Of a stretch of 64,000 bases of DNA, positions 18,314-27,838 are shown piece by piece. The stretch is from Candidatus Omnitrophota bacterium (lineage in GTDB: Bacteria > Omnitrophota > Omnitrophia > Omnitrophales > Aquincolibacteriaceae). Every line of letters starts with the position of its first letter. The stretch's first letter is position 1. Made by a program: the position numbers and the translations under genes. The notes beneath the pieces are model-generated. The model worked only from the letters and a program-made list of their open reading frames with translations. It was not told the DNA's origin and searched no databases. The DNA is taken from positions 109,955 through 173,954 of the forward strand of contig CAISGE010000002.1 in assembly GCA_903884815.1 (NCBI GenBank), read 5' to 3'.

Positions 18314-18565
18314 ATGCAAAGCGTGGCAGAATCTAAAAGACCCAAATTCAGGATCCAGGCTCCGAGCGAGAGAACGATCGCGCAAAAAGATCGCGAGGAG
18401 GTCCAGAAATATCTTCGCCTTATCCCCACCGAAGCGGAGCCCAATCTGGGGCGCGTCCGCGAGATCAAAGAAGAGATCAAAAAAGGCACTTACCTGACGC
18501 ATGAGATGATCGAAGCCGCTGCGATGCAGCTGGCGCTCAGGCTCCTAAGGAAAGAAAAAGATTAG
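18314..18565 (+). CDS. flgM: Anti-sigma-28 factor FlgM.
   Basis: The C-terminal RVREIKEEIKKGTYLTHEMIEAAAMQLALRLL matches the FlgM sigma-28-binding region. Lies directly downstream of fliA. Confidence 0.6.
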   Translation: MQSVAESKRPKFRIQAPSERTIAQKDREEVQKYLRLIPTEAEPNLGRVREIKEEIKKGTYLTHEMIEAAAMQLALRLLRKEKD

Positions 18566-18618
18566 ACCGGAGTTTCCCCAGTCCCCTTCTGGAAAGGTAG
18601 CTAAGGTTTAAACCTTAG

Positions 18619-19911
18619 CTACAAAGCTCCGGAAGTCGCAACAGCCGTTGAAGCAGATCGCGAGTTGAGACCCGTAAGCTCGATCCACTTTTTGACCGCC
18701 GGAAGCGTCATGAACTTTTTCCAGACGCTCTCGCCATTCAAGTAATTCTCCAACATCAGCAGCGTGATCCCCTGATCGATCCCGAGATATTCCGTAGCCC
18801 ACCAGCCTTTGTCCACGTTGAAGGCATCTTTGAATCCGAAGTTTCCGTAGAGTTCTTGCTGGTAGTGGTCATAGAAGAAGCGCGCGGCTTTGGTGCTGAG
18901 CTCCGGGGTGAAGACGATCGAGGAAAGAGCGGCGTAGGGAGCGATCGTGCCGTCCTGGATGCCGCCTCCGGGTTTTCCGCCGTACGCTTTGTAACCTCCC
19001 GGGCCCACGGACGAGGATAACCCCCAGGAGGACTCGGAGTAACCCTTGTATTTTCCGGCGAAGCTCAGGGAATACTCCCGGTTGGCCAGGGTCGCCTCGC
19101 GGGAATTCTCAAAAAAATTGATGCCGCGGTCGTCCAGCCCCCGGAAGTCGATGTAGGCGTGTGAGAACTGATAAGTAAAAAGCGCGCCGGTGGACGCGTA
19201 AACAACTTTGTGGCCGTTGAAATCCCCCTCAGGGCGAAGCCAACGCTCCCAGGCTCTCGGAGGGACGGGAAAAGTCGGAGAGCCGACGGCGAGAGCCACC
19301 AGGAGCATCAACTCATTGTAGGAATCCCAATAATAGGGGAGGAATTTGGACTCCGGCGTCCAGCCCATGCAAATAAAATCAGAACCGTTCATCATCCACT
19401 TCCAGTTCACACGTTCGTAGATCTCCCGGGCGAGCTTGTCGACCTCCGTCCCCGGATAATACTGAGCGGCCAGGAGCGCGCCCGCGACCGCCAGCGCGGT
19501 GTCGATCGACGAAGCCTCCGAACCCCAAACCCGTTTTCCGGTTTTATTGTCCAGGAAATGATAAAAAAACCCTTCCTGGTGCGCAGCTTTGTGGCGGAGC
19601 ATTTGGAGCGTCGTGAGAATTCTCCCGTAGGCATAATCCCGGGTGATCCATCCGCGGGAAGCTCCGATGGCGTAAGCCGCGAGGGCAAACCCCGTGGCGG
19701 CCACTGAAGTCGGGGAGCCGGCACGGGAAGAATCCTTGGTCAGTCCCGTGAGCTTGTCCGAGAAGCGGGTGAAATACTGGAAGGTGTCTTTTTCGATCTT
19801 GTTCAGGAGCTCGCGGTCTTCGGGGGACGGTTCAAAGGCCCAGAGAGACGCGGGAGAAAAAGAAAACGCGAGCAGAAGTGCGAGAAAAAAACAGGTGAGA
19901 CGCTTAAGCAT
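18619..19911 (-). CDS. Secreted glucoamylase-family (Glycoamylase/DUF3131-like, possible beta-1,2-glucan hydrolase) protein.
   Basis: Signal MLKRLTCFFLALLLAFSFSPASLWA. My recollection of conserved blocks of the bacterial glycoamylase family (SSIDTALAVAGALLAAQYY...). The ORF extends to 19971. Confidence 0.45.
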   Translation of the reverse strand: MLKRLTCFFLALLLAFSFSPASLWAFEPSPEDRELLNKIEKDTFQYFTRFSDKLTGLTKDSSRAGSPTSVAATGFALAAYAIGASRGWITRDYAYGRILTTLQMLRHKAAHQEGFFYHFLDNKTGKRVWGSEASSIDTALAVAGALLAAQYYPGTEVDKLAREIYERVNWKWMMNGSDFICMGWTPESKFLPYYWDSYNELMLLVALAVGSPTFPVPPRAWERWLRPEGDFNGHKVVYASTGALFTYQFSHAYIDFRGLDDRGINFFENSREATLANREYSLSFAGKYKGYSESSWGLSSSVGPGGYKAYGGKPGGGIQDGTIAPYAALSSIVFTPELSTKAARFFYDHYQQELYGNFGFKDAFNVDKGWWATEYLGIDQGITLLMLENYLNGESVWKKFMTLPAVKKWIELTGLNSRSASTAVATSGAL

Positions 19912-20548
19912 CAGCGCTGGTTTTGACTTGGGAAAGCTTTTCTTTGATCCGCGCGACAGCCTGCGTCGCATCCTTTTCCAGGGTCAGAGCTTTAAGGTCG
20001 GAGAGGAAACGATCGGATTTTTCAAGCGCTTCATTGAATTCCTCCGCGGCGGGGATGCCCTCATCCAGCTTTCTTAAAAAAACACGCGCCCGGTAATCGC
20101 CTTTTTCGAGCGTGCCGAAGGCCTGACTGAACCTGAAAAAAGGCCCCGCGATCTTGTGCGAGATAAAAATGGTACCCCACGCGATCAGAACGAGAAGGAG
20201 GGAAAATTTCCAGAAAAGGGACCGGTTCGCTTCATTGAGGATTTCCTTGAAAACTTCACGCTGACGCTCCCCCAGCTTTTCGGTCGACTTAAAAAAGGAG
20301 AGGGAGGAGAAGCTCGGCGTACCGGGGGTGTGGCGCGCCTGCTCGTATTCCACCATCCGAGACGCGGTCACGAGATCGTTCAGCGTTTGCTCATCGGAAA
20401 AAGTATCCAGCACCTTGCTCCAGATGCCGAAATAGAGGCCGCCCATTGCAACGAGGTTGATCAGGAGGAGCGGGACCGTGACGGCCAGCATGAAGCGCGT
20501 TTGGAGCGGTCGATTAATGAAAAACTGCCTACGGCGATTTGGGTTCAT
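19904..20548 (-). CDS. Membrane protein with a HAMP-like region; hypothetical.
   Basis: Two TM helices followed by a HAMP-like segment KIAGPFFRFSQAFGTLEKGDYRARV. Confidence 0.45.
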   Translation of the reverse strand: MNPNRRRQFFINRPLQTRFMLAVTVPLLLINLVAMGGLYFGIWSKVLDTFSDEQTLNDLVTASRMVEYEQARHTPGTPSFSSLSFFKSTEKLGERQREVFKEILNEANRSLFWKFSLLLVLIAWGTIFISHKIAGPFFRFSQAFGTLEKGDYRARVFLRKLDEGIPAAEEFNEALEKSDRFLSDLKALTLEKDATQAVARIKEKLSQVKTSADA

Positions 20549-20620
20549 TGATTTTTCCCTCGATCTTCATACTATTGAAAAGGAAATCATCTGTCAAAAC
20601 GTTATTCCTTGTATATAATA

Positions 20621-20690
20621 GCGTACGGCGTAAGGAGTACGGCGGGAAAAGATGCGCGTTGCGCCGTACCCCGTACGCCTTACTTTTTCC
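20621..20690 (+). promoter_or_regulatory. GC-rich hairpin followed by TTTTT in the glmS 5' leader. Candidate attenuator or regulatory RNA structure.
   Basis: GTACGGCG (20637-44) pairs with CGCCGTAC (20662-69), and GCGTAC (20621-26) pairs with GTACGC (20673-78). Followed by CTTACTTTTTCC, then the RBS GGAGGA and the glmS ATG. A TATAAT hexamer lies at 20615-20620. Confidence 0.3.
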
Positions 20691-20701
20691 GGAGGAAAAT
20701 C

Positions 20702-22546
20702 ATGTGCGGCATTATTGGTTATGTAGGTTATAGGAACACCGTGCCGGTCCTGATCACCGGGCTTGAGCGGCTCGAATACCGGGGCTATGACTCGGCCGGG
20801 ATCGCTTGCGTGGACCATCAGAAGGACGGGCTGATCCTCATTAAGGAAAAGGGGAAGCTCGGGGTCCTGAAGGAAAAACTCGGGGATTTCGCGATCGAGG
20901 CGCATATCGGGATCGGGCATACCCGCTGGGCCACGCACGGGGAACCCTCCCGCGCGAACGCCCACCCGCACGTGGATGCCTCAGGCAAGATCGCCCTCGT
21001 TCATAACGGAATTCTGGAGAATTACGCCGCCGTCAAAAGCATCCTCCAGAAAAAAAGAGTACGCTTTCTCTCCCAGACCGATACCGAGGTCGGTGTCAAT
21101 CTCATCGGCGCCTATTACCGGAAAACCGGCAAGCTTTTTGACGCGGTCAAGCGCGCGGTTCAGGAACTGCACGGCTATTTCGCGTTCGTTCTTTTTTCCA
21201 AAGAGGACCCCGAGACCTTGATCGCCTACAAAAGGTCGAATCCACTCGTGATCGGGCTCGGACAGGGAGAAAATTTCGTCGCGAGTGATGTGACGGCCTT
21301 GATCCCCTACACGCGGCAGGTGATCTACCTCGAAGACGAAGACCTGGCCGTGATCACGGCGCAAAAAATTTCCGTTTATTCCCTCAAGACCAAGACCTGG
21401 GTCAAGCGTCATCCGACCACGGTCCATTGGGATGTCTCGCAGGCCCAGAAGCAGGGGTTCCCGCATTTCATGCTCAAGGAAATGTATGAACAGCCGGAGG
21501 TCCTCAAGAACATTCTCGCCAAACGCACTCCTGGAAGCGGGGAGATCTTTTTTGACACGCTCGACAAGAAATTCCAGAAGCGTCTCCGGGAGATTGAACG
21601 GGTCTCCATGATCAGCTGCGGCACGGCGTATCACGCGGGCTTGGTCGGCGCCATCGCCCTCGAGCAGTACACGCGGCTTCCGTGTCGCACGCAGGTCTCC
21701 AGCGAATTCCGCTACGGGGATCCTATTCTGAACACCAAGGATCTGGTGGTCTTGATCACGCAGTCGGGCGAGACGGCCGATACCTTGGCCGCGCTTCGTG
21801 AAGCAAAAGCCAAAGGGGCCGCCACCTTGGCGGTGGTGAACGTAGTCGGAAGCACGATCGCGCGCGAAGCCGATGCGGTGATTTACACGCATGCCGGGCC
21901 CGAGATCGGCGTGGCTTCGACCAAAGCCTATATCGCCCAGCTGGCCACGCTTCTTTTGCTGGCTTTCTATATGGCGAAGATCCGCAAAACGATCTCTCCC
22001 GCGGATCTCAAGGAACTGCTCCGCGAATTTAAAAAAATGCCCCAGCATTGCGCCCGGGTTCTGAAAGATATCAAGAAATTCGAATCGTGTGCCGAGAAAC
22101 ATTATACCCGGCGCAATTTTCTTTATCTCGGGCGGGGCTGCAACTATCCGACCGCGCTTGAGGGCGCCTTAAAACTAAAAGAAATTTCCTACGCCCACGC
22201 ACACGGCTACGCGGCGGGGGAGATGAAGCACGGGCCGATCGCCTTGATCGATCACGAACAACCCGTGATCTGTATTGCTCCGGAATCCAAGACTTATGAC
22301 AAAATGATCTCGAACGTTCAGGAGATCCTCGCCCGGGACGGCATCGTGATCGCGATCGGAACCGACGGCCAGAAGGACCTTAAAAAAATGGCGGATGATT
22401 TTTTCGCGATCCCCCGGGTTCCGGAAATCCTTTCCGCGATCCTCACCGTTATCCCGCTCCAGTTTCTGGCGTATAAGATCGCCGTGCTGAACGGCAGGGA
22501 TGTGGACCAGCCGAGAAATCTGGCGAAGTCAGTCACCGTAGAATAA
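20702..22546 (+). CDS. glmS: Glutamine--fructose-6-phosphate aminotransferase.
   Basis: MCGIIGYVG N-terminal nucleophile. A GATase class II domain and two SIS domains. Full-length family match. RBS GGAGGA. Confidence 0.95.
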   Translation: MCGIIGYVGYRNTVPVLITGLERLEYRGYDSAGIACVDHQKDGLILIKEKGKLGVLKEKLGDFAIEAHIGIGHTRWATHGEPSRANAHPHVDASGKIALVHNGILENYAAVKSILQKKRVRFLSQTDTEVGVNLIGAYYRKTGKLFDAVKRAVQELHGYFAFVLFSKEDPETLIAYKRSNPLVIGLGQGENFVASDVTALIPYTRQVIYLEDEDLAVITAQKISVYSLKTKTWVKRHPTTVHWDVSQAQKQGFPHFMLKEMYEQPEVLKNILAKRTPGSGEIFFDTLDKKFQKRLREIERVSMISCGTAYHAGLVGAIALEQYTRLPCRTQVSSEFRYGDPILNTKDLVVLITQSGETADTLAALREAKAKGAATLAVVNVVGSTIAREADAVIYTHAGPEIGVASTKAYIAQLATLLLLAFYMAKIRKTISPADLKELLREFKKMPQHCARVLKDIKKFESCAEKHYTRRNFLYLGRGCNYPTALEGALKLKEISYAHAHGYAAGEMKHGPIALIDHEQPVICIAPESKTYDKMISNVQEILARDGIVIAIGTDGQKDLKKMADDFFAIPRVPEILSAILTVIPLQFLAYKIAVLNGRDVDQPRNLAKSVTVE

Positions 22547-22565
22547 AATAAAAAGGAGACCTCTC

Positions 22566-23099
22566 ATGAAATGTCCTCGCACAGGCGCCAACATGAAAGA
22601 AGTCGAGATCAACAAGGTTAAGGTGGATATTTCCGAGGGATGTGGCGGCGTCTGGTTCGACAATCTGGAATTTGAAAAATTCGATGAGGCTCATGAAAAC
22701 GCGGGCGACAAACTGGTTGATTTGATGGCGTCTTTCGCGAAGGGGAAGGGACCGGTCGACCTGGACAAACGGATCAACTGCCCCCGTTGTGCGGACACGG
22801 TGCTGATGCGGCATTTTGAAAGTCCCCTCCGGAAGATCCAGATCGATCAATGTCCGGGATGCGGCGGGATCTGGTTGGATGCCGGGGAGCTGAAGGATTT
22901 CCGGAAGCTTTTTCCGACGGAAGCGGACCGGAAAAAAGCCGGCGACGAATTTATCGCGAAGTCCATCATGCCCATCCTTGAGGCCAAAGCCAAAGAGGGC
23001 CAGGAAGAGCTCGAAAAGGCCCGGCGTGTTGCCCACATGTTCCGCTTCATTTGTCCGAGTTATTACATCCCCGGGAAACAAGCAGGCGCCGCTTTTTAA
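22566..23099 (+). CDS. Double zinc-ribbon (zf-TFIIB-like) protein; hypothetical.
   Basis: Two CPxC...C..CGG(V/I)W(F/L)D modules (CPRTGANM...CGGVWFD and CPRCADTV...CPGCGGIWLD). RBS AAAGGAGA. Confidence 0.55.
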   Translation: MKCPRTGANMKEVEINKVKVDISEGCGGVWFDNLEFEKFDEAHENAGDKLVDLMASFAKGKGPVDLDKRINCPRCADTVLMRHFESPLRKIQIDQCPGCGGIWLDAGELKDFRKLFPTEADRKKAGDEFIAKSIMPILEAKAKEGQEELEKARRVAHMFRFICPSYYIPGKQAGAAF

Positions 23100-23155
23100 A
23101 AACAGCTGGGGGCCTGCGGATGACGGCTCCCTTTTCCTTTGATGGACGAGGGGAA

Positions 23156-23746
23156 ATGCAAAGAAAAACAATAGCGTTCCTTTTTCTCGCCCTCCTGCTT
23201 TATCCCGCCACACTGCTTTTCTCCGAATCACCCCTGACTGTCACCCGCGTGATCGACAGTGATACCCTGGAACTTTCGAGCGGCGAAACCGTGCGCCTGA
23301 TCGGGATCGATTGTGATGAGCAGGAATACAGTCCAGCAGACGCGGCGTATCTTAACCGTGGCAAGAAGTGGGAACGCGGCCCAGATTCACTAAAACACGC
23401 CAAGGAAGCGGCGGAGTTCACTCGCAAGCTGGTGGAAGGCAAGAAGGTCAGACTAGATTACGATGTCCAGCGGAGGGATAAATACGGGCGATTGTTAGCC
23501 TATGTTTATGTCTTGGTATGCAACAACTGCGATGTTCTTAGGGCGGCAGAATATGAATATCTGGATATGATAGATCCGGACGAAAGCAATGCTGTTTGTA
23601 TCTTTCTTAATGCAACCCTCATCAAGGCTGGCTACGCCCAAGTCGTGACCGTCCCGCCGAGTGTGAAGTACGCTGACCTGTTCGTGAAGCTGGAGAAGGA
23701 AGCCAGGGGGAGGAAAAGGGGGTTGCGAAGTGAGGGTAAAATTTGA
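23156..23746 (+). CDS. Secreted thermonuclease (staphylococcal nuclease, SNase)-like protein, copy 1.
   Basis: Signal peptide. SNase motifs RVIDSDTLEL, TVRLIGIDCDE and DKYGRLLAYVYV. The C-terminal tail is conserved with the other copies (KAGYAQ...VKY..LFVKLEKEAR). Confidence 0.75.
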   Translation: MQRKTIAFLFLALLLYPATLLFSESPLTVTRVIDSDTLELSSGETVRLIGIDCDEQEYSPADAAYLNRGKKWERGPDSLKHAKEAAEFTRKLVEGKKVRLDYDVQRRDKYGRLLAYVYVLVCNNCDVLRAAEYEYLDMIDPDESNAVCIFLNATLIKAGYAQVVTVPPSVKYADLFVKLEKEARGRKRGLRSEGKI

Positions 23747-24861
23747 GCGAAGAACATATGCGGAAATACAAGTATGACAACTTCGGCAATGATCTTGCTT
23801 CTGAGCTCGGGCAGAAAGTTCGATGCACCCGATGTTTGGGGCCGTCCAGCATCAGGAAACAGGATGGCGGCGCCGTGAATAAAGAGCTTCCGTATGACAT
23901 GTATATACATTGGCAGTTATTAAGGGAGTGTAATTTTTCATGTGAATATTGTTATTCTTCCCCGCAGACCGGCCCGGCAAAAAAAGCGGATGTTGCGCGG
24001 ATAGTTCACCGGTTAGATGCTTTTGGGAAGACATCTCTTATTTCATTTACAGGAGGGGAACCTTTTCTTGTTCCGAATTTTATCGAGCTGGTGAAGGAAT
24101 TAACAAAAAGACATTATGTTCGCATCGATACGAATCTCAGCCTTTTAGCAGCTTGCGAGAGCTTTATCAAGGAGGTTGATCCGGAAAGGATTTGCGAGAT
24201 AGTTTTTTCGATTCATGCCGGAGAAAGGGAGAAACGCAAGATGCCGCTGCGGGACTTGTGCGCTCTTGTAAGAAAGTTCCGAGATCGCGGATTTATCATG
24301 ACGGGAAATTATGTCGTCTACCCCACGCTGTTGAAGAGGTTCTCGGATGACATGAAAATATTTCGAGAGAATGCGGTCAGTGTTTTGCCTAGTTTGTTTG
24401 TCGGAAGACAGGGCGGTAAAAATTATCCAATGCATGCCGGCAGGTTAGCTTACGAGCAAAACGCCTTTGATTTGATCTCAGGGATAAATCCAAAGGTAAA
24501 TCTCGTTTTAAACAGGAGCGTCGGCGAATTGTGCCCGGCGGGGGTAAATTCATTTTTTGTTAATTCCGATTATAAGGTTTTTGCCTGTGCGGCTATCCGG
24601 AGGGAAATAGGCGACTTTTGGGGGGATTGGAAGATGTTTCCCAAGGTCGTGCGGTGTCCGATGGAGTATTGTTACTGCCCATTTAATAAACCTTTTGTGG
24701 TGGGTCAGAGGACTCAAATACAGACTTCATTGCTGAAAGACGCTCTCCATCGGAACGGCGAGGCATCCGTTTGGCAATCTAGATTCTTAACAAGGGATAT
24801 GCGGAGAGGGGTAAAAAGGTTTGTCGAGCGCCTTGTTGAAAAGTTCTCGCTGCGTGAATAG
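23743..24861 (+). CDS. Radical SAM enzyme with a C-terminal SPASM/twitch-like Cys cluster, copy 1.
   Basis: CNFSCEYC is a CxxxCxxC radical SAM motif. The C-terminus carries CPAG...C...CPMEYCYCP. The track start is a TTG at 23743 overlapping the SNase stop, and an alternative ATG lies at 23758. Confidence 0.75.
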   Translation: MSEEHMRKYKYDNFGNDLASELGQKVRCTRCLGPSSIRKQDGGAVNKELPYDMYIHWQLLRECNFSCEYCYSSPQTGPAKKADVARIVHRLDAFGKTSLISFTGGEPFLVPNFIELVKELTKRHYVRIDTNLSLLAACESFIKEVDPERICEIVFSIHAGEREKRKMPLRDLCALVRKFRDRGFIMTGNYVVYPTLLKRFSDDMKIFRENAVSVLPSLFVGRQGGKNYPMHAGRLAYEQNAFDLISGINPKVNLVLNRSVGELCPAGVNSFFVNSDYKVFACAAIRREIGDFWGDWKMFPKVVRCPMEYCYCPFNKPFVVGQRTQIQTSLLKDALHRNGEASVWQSRFLTRDMRRGVKRFVERLVEKFSLRE

Positions 24862-24910
24862 GCTTTAAATTGCAGAAGGAAGCACGGGAACAGAAAAGGG
24901 GGATTTGGAA

Positions 24911-25384
24911 ATGAAGAAGTACTTGTTCGCGATCGCGGCATTGTGCCTGGCGGCCACCACCATTGCGGCGGAGAGTCGCGCATCAAACGGATCAACAGAG
25001 ACCCTTAAGAAGGTTAGATCGGTTCTGCCTCAAGGCTGGTTCATTGTCAAAGTTGTGAAAGGGCCGTCTTCTCCGAACCATTACGCGGAGGATGCACAAG
25101 AGGCTGTTGTTGTTTTGATCAGCAATCCATCAATCGATGCGAAAATGAAAAGTAAAGCCAAGATCGGGCCGTACGAGCTCTATCTGATGGACCTTCGCTA
25201 TAAAGAGAAAAGCCATACAGTCTCAGCTCTGCATCCGGAGGTCGCGGAACGGCCTGCGCGATACCTCGGCAGAAGTGAGCATTTTAAAATTTATTGGGGT
25301 GGGGGTATGTGGGGACTCGATCCTGTTGAAAAGAAACTTGAGGCTGACGTCAAACAAGCGTTGAGCATTGCTACGGAAAAGTGA
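24911..25384 (+). CDS. Secreted hypothetical protein.
   Basis: Signal MKKYLFAIAALCLAATTIAAESRA. Preceded by the recurring junction element at 24878-24914. Confidence 0.5.
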   Translation: MKKYLFAIAALCLAATTIAAESRASNGSTETLKKVRSVLPQGWFIVKVVKGPSSPNHYAEDAQEAVVVLISNPSIDAKMKSKAKIGPYELYLMDLRYKEKSHTVSALHPEVAERPARYLGRSEHFKIYWGGGMWGLDPVEKKLEADVKQALSIATEK

Positions 25385-25396
25385 GGAGTCGTTAAA

Positions 25397-26356
25397 ATGA
25401 GGAAGCTATTATTCGTGATCACGGCGCTGTGCCTAGCGGCCTCGGCGGGGTATGGGGAGGAATCTTCCGGGAATTTCCCGTTCAGCAAGATCGAGAGGAG
25501 GGGCGGCGTGGTCCGCCTGCAACTTCCTGACCATGGATTCCGGTGGCTCATAGGTGTAAATACGGAAAACCGCGCGAAGCTCAGAAGGTCGAACTATTCG
25601 GAGGTCGTGGAGTTGAAGACCCGCGGGATCTTGGGTGGGGACAAGCTTTATATGATTGAAAAGCATCAACAGATCGTCATCGAACCTATTTTTCAGGGCA
25701 AAGCCCTTTTTTTAAAGCAAACCGTTAAAACGGATTTGCGTAGCATGGGCGGCTCCGTAAAGATTGAAAAATCCTTTATTCCCGTGCCGGACGAGGGAAA
25801 GCAGCTGCAAGCGAGCCTGGCGCCGGAGGGTTCTTTGGTTGTGAAACGCGTGATCGACGGTGATACCCTGGAACTTTCGAGCGGCGAAACTGTGCGTCTG
25901 ATCGGAATCGATTGTGAGGAAAACGAGTACAGTCCTGCCGAGGCGGTCTATCTTAACCAAGGAAAAAAATGGAAGCGCGCGCCGGGATCTCTGATGCACG
26001 CTAAGGCGTCGGCAGATTTCGCCCGCAAGCTGGTCGAGGGCAAGCAGGTTCGGTTGGAGTACGACGTTCAGAAGAAGGATAAGTCCGGCAGGACGCTGGC
26101 GTATGTTTATCTATTGCCAAGGCAGGCAGAGAATCATGACAAGACCGTTCTTGAATTCGGACGTTTTTTGGATGATGGTTATGGCGGGCCGGGAAAATCG
26201 AGCCTCGTCTTTATCAACGCCACCCTCATCAAGGCTGGCTACGCCCAAGGCATGACCTCCTCCAAGGATGCCATCCCGCCGAATGTGAAGTATCAGGAGT
26301 TGTTTGTGAAGCTGGAGCAGGAAGCCAGAGAAAATAAAAGGGGGTTGTGGAAATGA
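25397..26356 (+). CDS. Secreted SNase-like nuclease with an N-terminal extra domain, copy 2.
   Basis: Signal MRKLLFVITALCLAASAGYG. The C-terminal SNase domain (RVIDGDTLELSSGETVRLIGIDCEENEY...) is nearly identical at the DNA level to copy 1 (25852-25940 versus 23260-23345). Ends ...EARENKRGLWK*. Confidence 0.75.
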   Translation: MRKLLFVITALCLAASAGYGEESSGNFPFSKIERRGGVVRLQLPDHGFRWLIGVNTENRAKLRRSNYSEVVELKTRGILGGDKLYMIEKHQQIVIEPIFQGKALFLKQTVKTDLRSMGGSVKIEKSFIPVPDEGKQLQASLAPEGSLVVKRVIDGDTLELSSGETVRLIGIDCEENEYSPAEAVYLNQGKKWKRAPGSLMHAKASADFARKLVEGKQVRLEYDVQKKDKSGRTLAYVYLLPRQAENHDKTVLEFGRFLDDGYGGPGKSSLVFINATLIKAGYAQGMTSSKDAIPPNVKYQELFVKLEQEARENKRGLWK

Positions 26357-26691
26357 AAAAACAGAAAAATCAGAACGTGGTAACACCAAGCAACGTCCTT
26401 TCTTCTTACGACCCAGTTAAAGTTGCCTTGGCAGAAGGAAATATATACGGAGCAGGCGCTTCGGGGAGATTCAAGAAGAGTTGGGTGACAAGGCTGGGTT
26501 TTATTCTTCTGGCGCTACCGTTTCTTGGCTACGCTATCTTTATGTTTCCTATGATTTATAAGAGCTTGTCTGAAGCCATCAACGTCAAAACAACTGAGGT
26601 TACACTGGCGGTCGGCATTGGAGGCATGCTTCTCGACTTATCCTGCCTTTGGCTGGGACTTAAATTAATCGCAGGTGCGTTAAAGAAATAA
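26353..26691 (+). CDS. Small two-TM membrane protein; hypothetical.
   Basis: An ATGA overlap with the SNase-2 stop, inside the junction element. The hydrophobic helices suggest a membrane protein. Confidence 0.5.
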   Translation: MKKQKNQNVVTPSNVLSSYDPVKVALAEGNIYGAGASGRFKKSWVTRLGFILLALPFLGYAIFMFPMIYKSLSEAINVKTTEVTLAVGIGGMLLDLSCLWLGLKLIAGALKK

Positions 26692-26703
26692 TAGGAGGGG
26701 GTT

Positions 26704-27153
26704 GTGGAAAAGAAAAGGTCAATAGGTGTAATGGTCATTTCTATAGTTAATTTGCTGGTAGGTTTGCCCGTGCTTTTTTTATGCCTCCGTTTTTTCATTT
26801 CAAATTATGAAAAGTTCATATCGCAGCTAGGTGATTTGTCTTTTTTCAGCGTTTTCGTTTTTATACTCTATGTTCTTATGGCGCTAACAGCTGTTTGTTT
26901 CCCCGTCCTATTTAGTTATGCGGGAATTTCAACTTATAATCTCAAGCCTGGTTCCGTAGCCCTCAATAAGGCTATCGCTAAATGGACGATTGTTTTCGTG
27001 GGGGGAGGCGAAGTTATTTTTGCGGTTACGCTTGCACCGCATCTAATGATTAGAATGGAATTCAGCCTTCTTGTGACGCTTGCCGCCGTGCTGTATTTTA
27101 TGTGGGTGCAAATGTATTTCACGCATCCCAAAGTTAAGGAGCAGTTCAAGTAA
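26704..27153 (+). CDS. Four-TM membrane protein, paralog family A (C-terminus ...P.VK.QFK).
   Basis: GTG start after GGGGGTTGTGGAAAAG. The C-terminal THPKVKEQFK is shared with the 30507 and 34426 genes. Confidence 0.5.
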   Translation: MEKKRSIGVMVISIVNLLVGLPVLFLCLRFFISNYEKFISQLGDLSFFSVFVFILYVLMALTAVCFPVLFSYAGISTYNLKPGSVALNKAIAKWTIVFVGGGEVIFAVTLAPHLMIRMEFSLLVTLAAVLYFMWVQMYFTHPKVKEQFK

Positions 27154-27214
27154 GGACCCCGAACCGCAAGGGGCCGCGGCAGGGAGCGCGGGAACAGAAA
27201 AGGAGGTTGTGGAG

Positions 27215-27496
27215 ATGAAAAGGATATTTGTAATAATATTAACATTAAGTATCTTGCTTGGAATTTCTGACGTTGCGTTTGCGAAGCACCATCATTCTAA
27301 AAAAGCAGAGGCCCCGAATAACAAAGAGGATCAAGGGAGGAAGGTGACGTGCCTCGTCAAGGGCGTCCCGCAAATGGTGAGGACAGAAGGCGTTTGTAAG
27401 GATTTTAACGGCACCGTGGTGCCCGAAAAAACTCCTCCAGGAGCAACGGCGGTGCCGGAGAAAAAAATAACGGCGCAAAAAATAGAAAGCAAATAG
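27215..27496 (+). CDS. Small secreted protein (93 aa) with a His-rich segment and 2 Cys; hypothetical.
   Basis: Signal MKRIFVIILTLSILLGISDVAFA. Preceded by the junction element GGGAACAGAAAAGGAGGTTGTGGAGATG. Confidence 0.45.
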   Translation: MKRIFVIILTLSILLGISDVAFAKHHHSKKAEAPNNKEDQGRKVTCLVKGVPQMVRTEGVCKDFNGTVVPEKTPPGATAVPEKKITAQKIESK

Positions 27497-27537
27497 ATCC
27501 CTCGTTATGAATTGAAAATGATCAGAAAGGCAACTCT

Positions 27538-27741
27538 ATGACACGCATAATCTTTTTGGCAGCACTGGTTTTGACCTTCAGCGGTTGTTGCACTTCTCAG
27601 TCGGCGGCGGACTTGCAAATCAGCCAGGACGAGGCGAAGCTGACACGGATGTACCGCGAGTGCATTGAGAAGAATCTTGGCCATGGGGAAGCCATGAGGA
27701 AGGATTGCGAGCCGATCCTTGGCCCCTATGTAAGTCATTAG
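27538..27741 (+). CDS. Small lipoprotein (67 aa) ending ...KDCEPILGPYVSH.
   Basis: Lipobox LTFSGC. The 3' end is repeated at 29254-29310. Confidence 0.4.
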   Translation: MTRIIFLAALVLTFSGCCTSQSAADLQISQDEAKLTRMYRECIEKNLGHGEAMRKDCEPILGPYVSH

Positions 27742-27838
27742 AGGCGGGGGCGACGAAGGCGTTTAACCGGTTGGAGGGTGATGTTGAGTTCGGGGAGATG
27801 ATGGAGGATTAAAAGAGTAAGAAAAAAAGGAGGGTTCT

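Noticed and set aside
20550-20701. glmS ribozyme upstream of glmS
   Set aside because: The leader is only about 100 nt, and I could not see the conserved ribozyme core. It is interpreted instead as a simple hairpin and U-tract leader.
20981-22102. 373-aa ORF on the minus strand
   Set aside because: It is antisense to the unambiguous glmS gene. It is Gly/Arg-rich and low-complexity, the kind of shadow ORF typical of GC-rich DNA.
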